Below, in pieces: positions 36,770 through 48,278 of a DNA stretch of 49,609 nt (the stretch's first letter is position 1; the number at the start of each line of letters is the position of its first letter). A program made the translations under genes and the position numbers. The DNA is from Phoronis australis. Taxonomy: Eukaryota; Animalia; Phoronida. Where the stretch lies: contig NMRA01000440.1 of NCBI GenBank assembly GCA_002633005.1, positions 333,504-383,112 of the forward strand. Reading direction: 5' to 3'. Below the pieces are notes generated by a model that was given only the letters and a program-made list of their open reading frames with translations, was not told the DNA's origin and did no database searches.

Positions 36770-39060
36770 TATACAATGAAAGCGCTCCGAGGAGCGAAAC
36801 TTGGCGAAATTAACAGAAACGACGAGGACAGAGATGATGACGAAGATGACGGATATGACGACGATGGTGGCGATGATGAACAATACAAGTAATGATAACA
36901 TTCCTATGACGAATGTAGAGGTCAGAAATCAGTAAGAAATGGGATACAGTCTTGAGCGACACTTGGTGAAATTACCTGAAAAGACGACGACGGAGATGCT
37001 GAAAAAGATGATGATGGTGGCGATGATAAACAACATCATAACATTCATGACGAACTTAGATGTCACAAATCAGTAAGAAATAGGCTACAGTCTTGTTCAA
37101 TATAAGCTAAACCAACATCAATGCAGCAAGAGCACTCAACAAAAGAGCAGCGCTATCAGAAAATCTCGAATAATTCAAAAAGTAGACGTCCTAGCAAAAA
37201 ATGGAAAATATCTTCTGAAAGCCCGTTCAAAACTCTACCAAGAGGTTAGTTGTGCAAAATTCATAATTTTTTTTTGAAAAAATGAACTTTTGCGTTTTTT
37301 TAAATTAAAAGTCAAATAACTCGAAAACGCTAAGTCTGAGAAAAAATTGTTACAGTTCATTTGAAAGATTATACCTCAGAGAATCTACATGCAAAAATTC
37401 ACGTCATTTTCTCTTCCCGTTTAAAATGGCACCCCAGAACGACTGAAAATGGGTCAACATGCGCCAGATCCGCCATCTTGAAAGCAACTTCCGGTTTTTT
37501 AGCTCTGAATAATAGCATGTCATAAGAAACTAGTACCTGAAAAAAAATCAAAGGAATTGGTCCTATATTGCGCCCTCTACCGGAGAAAACATTTTCACCC
37601 TGGAATCAAAGTGCGCATGCGCCATGGCCAATAATTCCGCCATCTTTGACCAGAAGTTCGCGATTTTTTACATATGGATAGTACTTGTCTAGTTCTGCAT
37701 TTTTACCGATTTTCAGTTGTGTACTTAAATAATTGCGGCTTCTTTGAGCATTTGAATATTAAATTGGAAACAAAATGGCTGCCACGTCCGCCATTTTGAA
37801 ACCGATCATTACCAAAAACAATATGCTTCCAGCACTTCCGGAGATACAAGATGTGTGCAAACTTCGTGGGAATCGGTAAAAAAATGCAACCTGTAGAGTG
37901 CGAACAAACAAATGAAAGCGCTCAGATGAGCGAAACTTGGCGAAATTAACCAAAAAGATGACGATAAAGATGATGACGAAGATGACGAATATGACGACGA
38001 TGGTGGTGAGGATGAACAAAAGAAGTAATAATAACATACACATGACGAACGTAGAAGTCCGAAATCAGTAAGAAACAGGCTACAGTCTTGAGCGACACTT
38101 GGCGAAATTAACGGAAAAGACGACGGAGATGATGACGAAGATGATGACGATGATGACGAATATGATGATGGTGGTGGCGATGATGAACAACATCACAACA
38201 TTCAAATGACGAACTTAGATGTCATAAATCAATAAGAAATAGGCTACAGTCTAGTTCAATAGAAGATAAACCAACATCAATGCAGCAAGAGCGCTCAACA
38301 AAGGAACAGCGTTATCAGAAAATCTCAAATAACTCGAAAAGTAGACGTCCTAGCGAAAAATGGAAAACATCTTCTGAAAGCCCGTTCAAAATTCTATCTA
38401 AACTGATGGTATCGCCTAATTCTGTAAATTTTTCGAAAAAAATGAAATTTTGCGTTTTTTTAAGAAATTCAAAGTCAAATAACTCGAAAACGGTAAGTCT
38501 GAGAAAAAATTGTTATAGGCCATTTGAGAGAATATACTTCAAAGAATCCACATGCAAAAAATCACGTCTTTTTCTCTTCCCGTTTAAAATCGCACTCCAG
38601 CACGACTGAAAATGGGTCAACATGTGCCAGATCCGCCATCTTGAAAGCAACTTCCGGTTTTTTGGCTTTGTATAATAGCATGTCATAAGAAACTAATACC
38701 TGTAAAAATTCGAAGGAATTTGTCTTCTAATGCGCCCTCTACAAGAGAAAATGTTTTTAGGCCAAAATCGAGGTGCGCATGCGCGATTGCCGATATTTCC
38801 GCCATCTTTAACCGGAAGTAAACAATTTCCGGTATACTTGTAGAAAACTTCCGGTCCAGTTACTGTGCTGATTCTTAGCCTTTTACGTAAAAAATTGTAG
38901 CCTCCAGAAACACTTGAACCTTTAAATGAAAACAAAATGGCCGCCATCTTGGATCCGAATTTGATGAAAAACAATAGGCTTCCAGTACTTCCGAAAGTAT
39001 GTGTTACGTGGAAATTTCGTGATGATCGGCCGAAAATTGCGACCTGTATCGTGCGAACAA
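36770..39060 (-). repeat. Repeat family A, two tandem ~1.14-kb units, inverted relative to 606-2325
   Basis: Units at ~36775-37912 and ~37913-39060 are reverse complements of ~1165-2325. Confidence 0.85.
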
Positions 39061-39140
39061 AAAAAAAAAAAAAAAAAAAAAAAAAANGAAGAGCAACATA
39101 CTTGGCGAAATAAATTTCACAATATAAAATTGCAACAAAC

Positions 39141-39390
39141 CTCCAGTCGTTCAAAGGTTACACTAGTCGTACTGACGTGTATCAAGCAATACGCTATCCT
39201 GTCCGAGATCAAGCCTTTGAAAACAATGTAAAAGTTGAGACAAGTCACAAATAAGCGCGTGGATAACCTCGTTCCCATTACAAGTACCACACAAACTGTC
39301 GTCAGGATTAGAAGATGCTGGGTCAGCCACAAGAAATGTAACACTAAACCTGTGTATATGAAACTCCTTTGCAAAAACAGCAACTCGGCC
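39141..39390 (-). CDS. ABCC4-like: V10: ABCC4-like TM5-TM6 alternative exon (250 nt), closest to V9
   Basis: ttcttttag|G GCC GAG...CTG GAG|gtttgt; AELLFLQRSFIYTGLVLHFLWLTQHLLILTTVCVVLVMGTRLSTRLFVTCLNFYIVFKGLISDRIAYCLIHVSTTSVTFERLE. Confidence 0.85.
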
Positions 39391-40869
39391 CTAAAAGAAA
39401 AAGGTAACATTGTTGACAAGCTAAGGGTACCAGGTAACCATGACTCCTGGTGTACTGAAGCAAAATTAAAGCATTTTTTGACAAATGGAAGAGCCTAAAT
39501 TTACTTCTTAAATAACTAGATACCATTTATTAAAAACAATTCAAACACTCGAATAGAAAGCATTCCCAGAGCCAGAGGTTGATGTCTCAGTAACTCGATG
39601 CTATTCGTTACAGTGTCAGCCTATGGTAAACTATTTGTTTGAATCACCTGTTGCGCAACTCGTCAGTTGTAGATAATTTTAGGAACTCCTGAATATTTTG
39701 TTTACTTTTTAAATTTTATTCAGTAATAAGTGTCTAATAAATAATCAGCCCATGTGAGTTGGAATAAGCTGAGAGCTCAAAACTCAGGGATCAGTAAAGA
39801 TACCTTGAGGGCTGGGGACAATTTCAAAACGCCTTCATTGAGTACTTTTACATCATATGGTAACACAGCAATGCCAACTTTCACAACAGGAGTCCTGCAA
39901 AATGTGTTACCTCCCACAGTGTGGTGAATCCATGATAAACAATCAAAGGAGCACACACCAACAGCTGGATTTTTAACGATTATACGAAGAAGAGTCTGTG
40001 AAATCAAATAAACAATAAACTGCAACCCGGTAAAATGGGGCAAATCTGAGCAATAAACTCGCAATAACCAAAAAATGTACAAGGTCAGGGTAAAGAGTCA
40101 GCAACACCTACATTTTGATTTCCAGGTCCAACTCAGGTGTGCTGATAAAGCCACGTTGGATTCCAAATATAACAAAAAAAGGTAGACCAAAGAGAGTCAA
40201 TAAAAATTAATCACTGGACTTTTTCAAACACGAACCAACCAACCAATTGTTAAACAGGTGACAAAGATTTTACAATAGCCAGTCGTCAGCTTCTGGTATC
40301 AGAAATCCACGGATTTTAACTGTTTAATTATTCCACAAAATGGTATCCAGTTATCCAACACGTCTTATTAGGATCTAAAAGCATGACCTCGTTAGTGAAA
40401 TATGCAACAGACCTAGAAGCATGACCTGGTTAGAGAAGACAAAGCCCGATTATTATAGTAAAATAAGGAAAACCACCTGATTCGCGAAACACGAAACTAG
40501 GCTATTATAGTGTAGTGAAATCAGAAATATGATCTCAGTAGTAAAATATGGAGCCTGACTATTATAGTGAAGCATGAAGCTTGAATATGAAGCCTGACCA
40601 TGATAACGAAATAAGACATATGGTCTTGGTAGTGAAATATGGAACCTGACCATTATAGTGAAACATAATTAGCCTGAATATGAAGGCTGACTACGATAAT
40701 GAAATAAGAAATATGACACCACCCCCAATGAACTATGAACCATATTTACTGAAATATGAAGCCTGTCTACACTTGACAAAAAGATGTGTGGCCTTCAAGG
40801 GAGCATTTTATATTGTCTCTACATTTACTTTAAAATCAATTGCTCTACCTAACTCCATGGCAGAGAAGG

Positions 40870-41230
40870 CAGTGTGGCCTACTGTGATAGGTACCCGCCT
40901 TCTTTACTTGAGGTCGTGGGTTCGAGTCCCACTGGGCCACACTGCTAGACCCTCGAGTCCCACTGGGCCACACTTCTAGACCCTCGAGTCCCACTGGGCC
41001 ACACTGCTAGACCCTCGAGTCCCACTCGGCCACACTGCTAGGCCCTCGAGTCCTACTGGGCCACACTGCTAGACCCTGGAGTCCCACTAGGCCACACTGC
41101 TAGACCCTTGAGTCCCACTGGGCCACACTGCTAGACCCTTGAGTCCCACTGGGCCGCACTGCTACATCCTTAAGTTCCACTGGGCCACACTGCTAGGCCC
41201 TTGAGTCAGGTTTCTAGCTACTCAGTTCGG
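40870..41230 (+). mobile_element. tRNA-derived SINE (family S2) with an internal 31-bp tandem expansion (~9 copies)
   Basis: B box GGTTCGAGTCC at ~40919, then repeats of CTCGAGTCCCACTGGGCCACACTGCTAGACC, then the normal S2 tail. Confidence 0.75.
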
Positions 41231-41314
41231 TTTCAACTGTACATTAATAAAGCACAAAAATAGTTCCAGGTGATCAGTGCAGTGGGTCCGCATGCGCAGC
41301 CTGTGAACGTCTGG

Positions 41315-41383
41315 TACAACGTGTACCAGACCACAACGTGTACCAGACCACAACGTGTACCAGACCACAACGTGTACCAGACC
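41315..41383. repeat. 17-bp tandem repeat, 4 copies
   Basis: Unit CAACGTGTACCAGACCA. Confidence 0.9.
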
Positions 41384-43517
41384 TCCAGCAATTGTATTTT
41401 TGTAACTCATTGGCCTGTGACTGTCTTTGAAGGCCTGCACCGATTCAACAACTAACTTGTACAGGGTTGGTGCTACAATTGCTTGTCCTTTTCAAAATTT
41501 ATGGGTTCCCATGCACGTCCAGTTTGAAATTTCAATAGCAACAAAAATCAAAAAATAACACTACAAAACATGAAGACATAGCAATATATGACATGTAGTG
41601 GCAAAGAAAGAATAGACGGACAATTATGAATTCACAAATATTCATAAATCTTCTCACTCTGAACATAATTATTTGTAGTCCGGTGTATACATTTGGAATC
41701 AACATTCACACCTTCTGCTGTGAAGTACACTGCAATCGAAAGGCGGTGTGATAAAATCACTGAAAATCTACACTGCACGTTATCCTCCCTCATTTCCTTT
41801 AGTATCAAGACTAACAATAATGTACGGATCCAAAATGAAATAAATTTTATGAAAACAATTGCGTAAACATTTTGCTTTTGTTCAAGCATACAATACAATA
41901 AATCTGGAAGCCTGGGGTTTACACAGGATTCCAAAACTGGGACTCCAAATTTTTCAAAAAATTGGCCGAACACACTTTGTTCCTGCCAGTACCGGCCCTT
42001 TACTGGTACCGCTGCCGCTGCGGCGCCATGAAATGGAAATAAAAAGTGTCATTGAGAATTTGTTTCTTCAACGGAAGTCCATACAAACATGTTTGACACT
42101 GTATGCGAAAACATTTTACTCAAAAAAGAAATTGCAATTTTCATACACCATGTCAACATTGACTAAGTCCAAAAAGTCTAACTACAGGCAAAGTTTTCAG
42201 CAGCAATGTCCTGTCTTCCCACCAAGTGGACAGTCCCAGTGAAGTGTCTTGGTAAAGCAAGTCGCATTTTTATAGTGCATGGTCGTGACATTCGAGCCTA
42301 TTTATGTTTTCTCTCAGTTTAATTTCTAGGCAGTGACCACTGTCTTTAGCTGGCTCTAGTAGAGATGGAAGCTTTTCAGCAAATTATGCCTCACACTGAA
42401 TAAGACAACAAAGTCACGTTGTTAAAAGGAGCTTTTGTATACAAAGGGACATCTTAGGAGGATGTCGATGTCTTCAATTCCTTCCACCTTGAACAAATAC
42501 TCCCCTAATCAAACATTTTCTTCAAGCAATCCTTCATTCAGCTTACTAACATGGATCTAACAGAAACAGGACTGACTGACAGATTGACACAACTTCAGAG
42601 CTTGGCAAAAGGACATCACCATGGTGATATCACATAACAGGAACAATACAAACTCCTCACTGGCTCATGATAGAACAGTGAATCTGTTAAATATTAGCAG
42701 ATATTTGTAGAACAAATGCACAGACATGTTCGATTAATGAAGGGATTGACCAATCTGGTCACCATCATCATCAGACAGAGAAAGGTGGATCACATGGGGG
42801 AACTGCTGGAACCACTCATGAATATGGCTGTCACAAGTCCAAGTATTGATGTAACGGGACCACACCTGTCAACACCTACGGTACAACCACCACGTGGTTA
42901 GTGAAGTGTGAATCATGAAACCAATTGTTAATGTCATATGAACTAGTTAAGATTATGTGTGGCCCTACAATAGTGTCTGCATAATTCAGAAATCATTGAA
43001 TTTCAGAAATGGTTGAGATTCATGTTGTGTGAAACTTTCAGATATTCTACATTGTACACCATTACCTACATGCTGTTGTGAATTGTTTTCAAAATGTTCC
43101 ACTTTTGCGAGATGGGTTATAGGAAATGAGACTTTTATGATTTTTCTGAAACCCTCCCAAAAGTTACAAAAAACTAAAATGAAAGGACAATTTAGAAAAC
43201 AGGGTTTTAGGAGAATTTCATCTTCAGCACTTACATCAAATGAAATTTGGTCAAGTTACGCTGTTGTTATTATGATCTTGCTATGAAAGTACATTTCTAT
43301 GAAAGAACATTTCTTTTTCAATAATTTTACTAAAACATGAAAACATGGTCACCGAAGATTGGTATAAAGTTATAATCAAATTCTACAGGTGATCTACTTT
43401 CAGAAAACATGTACTTTTGCTCAGTGAAAATCTGTAGTTTTGTTGATAATTGATGATAAAGTCCTACATAACCTTTAAACTAATAATCGAACAAAATTAT
43501 TAATGCCAACAACAAAC

Positions 43518-43767
43518 CTGAAGACGATCAATGGACACACGGCCAGCAGAGGTCACCTCCACAATCTGCGCCATACGCGTCCCCAATGTGCCTCGCACTA
43601 TTATAAAGTACAAAATGGTTGGGAAGACATGCGTACTGGACAGCCAATAACCGCAGGCAGCCATGCTAATAATAGCTCCGTAAACAGTAAACATGGACGC
43701 CGTTAGAAAGAGATGGCGGTTGATGCCACAAAACAGAGAGTTTACACGGATGATCTGCGCTTCCAGG
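43518..43767 (-). CDS. ABCC4-like: V11: ABCC4-like TM5-TM6 alternative exon (250 nt)
   Basis: gattgtag|C CTG GAA...CTT CAG|gtttgt; LEAQIIRVNSLFCGINRHLFLTASMFTVYGAIISMAACGYWLSSTHVFPTILYFIIVRGTLGTRMAQIVEVTSAGRVSIDRLQ. Confidence 0.87.
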
Positions 43768-44229
43768 CTACAATCAGGAACAGACAAAGAACAAGTGTGA
43801 CGCTAGATCAAAGTAAAAGTTGTGAATTATTCAAGCAAGTACGAGTCGATGATTGTTCAAAACAAAAGTTGTGAAATACTGAAGTTCACAGGGTGACTAA
43901 ATTGCTTTGCATTGATGTGTGGTGGGGGATAAAAATGCAACTACGAGGAAAACCAAAGGCAAATCATGCAAGTTAAACTAGGCAACAGCCTGAACAGTCT
44001 GATGCAAGTTAAACTAGGCGACAGCCTGATCGGTCAAATTCAATTTTTCACAAAAAGCAGATGAAATTATTTAAGCGGTCTGCAGAGGTTGGAAGAGAAA
44101 GGATGCGAAAGGAAGCAAGTTATGATTACGTTGACAGCGATGATAACAACGTAAAGACAACATGAGGGATGAACACTATGAATATAGCGATGACAACAAC
44201 ATAAAGACAATATGTGGGATCAAGACTAT

Positions 44230-44592
44230 GAATATGGCAGTGAGAATAACAATCTCGAATAAACAATAGCAATGACCTCAAACAGAGAATAAACATGAAC
44301 TCGATCATGGAAGACCGATGACCTCAAAGATAGAAGAGGGATGATCTCAAATTTAGAATAGTGACGACCACAGTATAGAATAGCGATGATCTCGAAAATG
44401 GAAGAGCGATGATCTCCAGATAGAATAGCGATGACCACATGTATAAAATAGTGATGACCTCGAATAGAGAATGGCGATGCCCTAGCATATGAATGGTGAT
44501 GACCTTAGATATAGAATAGCAATGACATAGTATATAGCATAGCAGTGACCTTGAATATAGAATAGCGATGACCTTGAATATAGCGATGACAA
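44230..44592. repeat. Degenerate ~25-bp minisatellite
   Basis: Unit like AATAGCGATGACCTTGAATATAG. Confidence 0.65.
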
Positions 44593-45635
44593 AAGAATCA
44601 CAACTGGTTAAAGTAGATCATCGTCATCGTAGTCGTCATCAAAGTCATTGTGGTCATGTTCATCATCATTCACAATTATTAATAATGACAAGTTGGCATG
44701 ACTATTATCACAGAAAATCATAAATGACTTGAGAAAGATAAGCCATAAGAAGAAAGAGAATGATGACATATTTCTTGCAGCTCTTGACAAAACCTATTCA
44801 TATCCCAAGTTTCACAAAAATGCCTCAAAGGACATCAAAGTGATGGGTCTGAAAAGAGGACTGTCCCAGTGTCTCCTTGCATCCGATTTCAACCAAAAAA
44901 GACTTAGACCTGATGAGACACACGGTGATAGGTTGTGAAATACAACCTGTAATGTGCGACCAAACAAACAAAAATTGAAATCAACCGAAATATAATCACA
45001 GAATAACATACTTTGGAAAAAATCCCTCAGCAATAAGTGGTGTCAACATTGACCCAATAAGGAAAGTGAATGCTTCAGATACCCTAAAGAAGCCAGGTCA
45101 CCTTATAGATTTTATTGACGCTGATAATCAAAGTTAAAGTACAGAAGGTGGTACAAAGCATAATCCCTAAAACATATCATCATTGCTTTGAAAATCTGGG
45201 CGGAAGCTTTTCTTTCAGCACGAACAAAAATCTACAATTATGTAACAGCTTATCTATGAAGGTGTATTTCTCCTGCTGACAATTGTTCTATCACCAGGAT
45301 TTTGAGTGACGGCTTAACTGACCATTTAGAACTCATCATTCTTGACACACCTTCGTTTCCAAGCCGCCATTTTACCCGACAAACAACACGTTGCCAGGTA
45401 AAACTTATTATTTGTTAGTCGACATTACACAAGGGGCGGAGCTTACGATAGGTCAATTGCCCCTTTGATGAGTGAAAGTCAGTCCGACATGCCACAAAGT
45501 TATGCAATTTAAAGCTGCTATGAACCAAACTTTTCATTCACACCAATTACCATTAAAAAACATTTCTCAACATGTTCCTTAATAAATTTTGAATTGGTAT
45601 CCGTATTTGTGAATAAGTAACAGTTCATCATTCCT

Positions 45636-47712
45636 AGACACCACGGTGTGTATAATGACCACGTGGACACCATGACATGTATAATGACCACCTGGACACC
45701 ACGATTATAATGACCACCTGGACACCACGGTGTGTATAATGAACACATGGACACCACGGTGTGTATAATGACCACGTGGACACCACGGTGTGTATAATGA
45801 CCACCTGGACACCATGGTGTGTATAATGAACACATGGACACCATGGTGTGTATAATGACCACATGGACACCACGGTGTGTATAATGACCACGTGGACACC
45901 ACGGTGTGTATAATGACCACCTGGACACCATGGTGTGTATAATGAACACATGGACACCATGGTGTGTATAATGACCACATGGACACCACGGTGTGTATAA
46001 TGACCACATGGACACCACGGTGTGTATAATGACCACCTGGACACCATGGTGTGTATAATGAACACATGGACACCATGGTGTGTATAATGACCACATGGAC
46101 ACCACGGTGTGTATAATGACCACGTGGACACCACGGTGTGTATAATGACCACCTGGACACCATGGTGTGTATAATGAACACATGGACACCATGGTGTGTA
46201 TAATGACCACATGGACACCACGGTGTGTATAATGACCACATGGACACCACGGTGTGTATAATGACCACCTGGACACCATGGTGTGTATAATGAACACATG
46301 GACACCATGGTGTGTATAATGACCACATGGACACCACGGTGTGTATAATGACCACGTGGACACCACGGTGTGTATAATGACCACCTGGACACCATGGTGT
46401 GTATAATGAACACATGGACACCATGGTGTGTATAATGACCACATGGACACCACGGTGTGTATAATGACCACATGGACACCACGGTGTGTATAATGACCAC
46501 CTGGACACCATGGTGTGTATAATGAACACATGGACACCATGGTGTGTATAATGACCACATGGACACCACGGTGTGTATAATGACCACGTGGACACCACGG
46601 TGTGTATAATGACCACCTGGACACCATGGTGTGTATAATGAACACATGGACACCATGGTGTGTATAATGACCACATGGACACCACGGTGTGTATAATGAC
46701 CACATGGACACCACGGTGTGTATAATGACCACCTGGACACCATGGTGTGTATAATGAACACATGGACACCATGGTGTGTATAATGACCACATGGACACCA
46801 CGGTGTGTATAATGACCACGTGGACACCACGGTGTGTATAATGACCACCTGGACACCATGGTGTGTATAATGAACACATGGACACCATGGTGTGTATAAT
46901 GACCACATGGACACCACGGTGTGTATAATGACCACATGGACACCACGGTGTGTATAATGACCACCTGGACACCATGGTGTGTATAATGAACACATGGACA
47001 CCATGGTGTGTATAATGACCACATGGACACCACGGTGTGTATAATGACCACGTGGACACCACGGTGTGTATAATGACCACCTGGACACCATGGTGTGTAT
47101 AATGAACACATGGACACCATGGTGTGTATAATGACCACATGGACACCACGGTGTGTATAATGACCACATGGACACCACGGTGTGTATAATGACCACCTGG
47201 ACACCATGGTGTGTATAATGAACACATGGACACCATGGTGTGTATAATGACCACATGGACACCACGGTGTGTATAATGACCACGTGGACACCACGGTGTG
47301 TATAATGACCACCTGGACACCATGGTGTGTATAATGAACACATGGACACCATGGTGTGTATAATGACCACATGGACACCACGGTGTGTATAATGACCACA
47401 TGGACACCACGGTGTGTATAATGACCACCTGGACACCATGGTGTGTATAATGAACACATGGACACCATGGTGTGTATAATGACCACATGGACACCACGGT
47501 GTGTATAATGACCACGTGGACACCACGGTGTGTATAATGANTGAACACATGGACACCACGGTGTGTATAATGAGCACCTGGACACCACGGTGTGTATAAT
47601 GACCACCTGGACACCATGATTATAATGAGCACTTGGACACGATTATAATGAGCACTTGGACACCATGATTATAATGAGCACCTGGACTCCACGGTGTGTA
47701 TAATGAACACCA
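45636..47712. repeat. 29-bp satellite (~70 monomers) with an 8-monomer, 232-bp higher-order repeat
   Basis: Monomer ATAATGA[C/A]CAC[G/C/A]TGGACACCA[C/T]GGTGTGT. Four variants A-D occur in the order ABCD-DBCD repeated; single N at 47541. Confidence 0.95.
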
Positions 47713-48028
47713 GGGTCAAGCCTGAATCCCAAGCAATAACAAACTCACCACAAACTACATCTAACCTGAATAAAGAAAATTTATTTAAACCTTTTTACCG
47801 ATAAGTGACAAAAATCGAAATTCATATTTTTGACAGAAGGCCTGTTTATAGCACACAGAAAATAGAAAGCAAGATATGGTTTCATTAGAAGACATAGAAT
47901 TCGGTTCTATCAGAAATAAATAAGACAAGCAAATGACTAATCAACAAAACATAACTGGAAAGTAATTTGAATGACAAACAAAAATGAAAGAAACAAATTT
48001 ACTATAAGTCAATAGCTGAAGAGCAAAC

Positions 48029-48278
48029 CTGAAGGCGATCAAGTGAAATGTTGGCTTCTTCACTTAACTGTATGGCGAATGTAATGTACACAGAGAAGCT
48101 CAACTCCAGCACTCTAAACATTGGCAATATCAGAAAAGTGACTTTTGATGTCAGTAAACCGGACATGGAGATGTATGTCACAGCTACCCCAACTATGGCC
48201 AGCTTAGCGTGTGACATGGCAATGCCCCAGTTACCAGCCCGGGTACTAAAGGTTAACTGGATAAAAACCACTTCAGAC
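48029..48278 (-). CDS. ABCC4-like: V12: ABCC4-like TM5-TM6 alternative exon (250 nt), first in transcription order within the window
   Basis: tcttttcag|G TCT GAA...CTT CAG|gtttgc; SEVVFIQLTFSTRAGNWGIAMSHAKLAIVGVAVTYISMSGLLTSKVTFLILPMFRVLELSFSVYITFAIQLSEEANISLDRLQ. Confidence 0.88.

Noticed and set aside
45518-47632. Three 630-700 aa minus-strand ORFs
   Set aside because: By-product of a 29-bp repeat with no minus-strand stop codon; all three frames give the same periodic peptide.
3251-48278. Alternative reading as one protein with 12 consecutive TM-hairpin repeats, or as 12 separate small genes
   Set aside because: Phase 2 to 0 exons cannot be chained in frame, and none has its own start, stop or companion exons.
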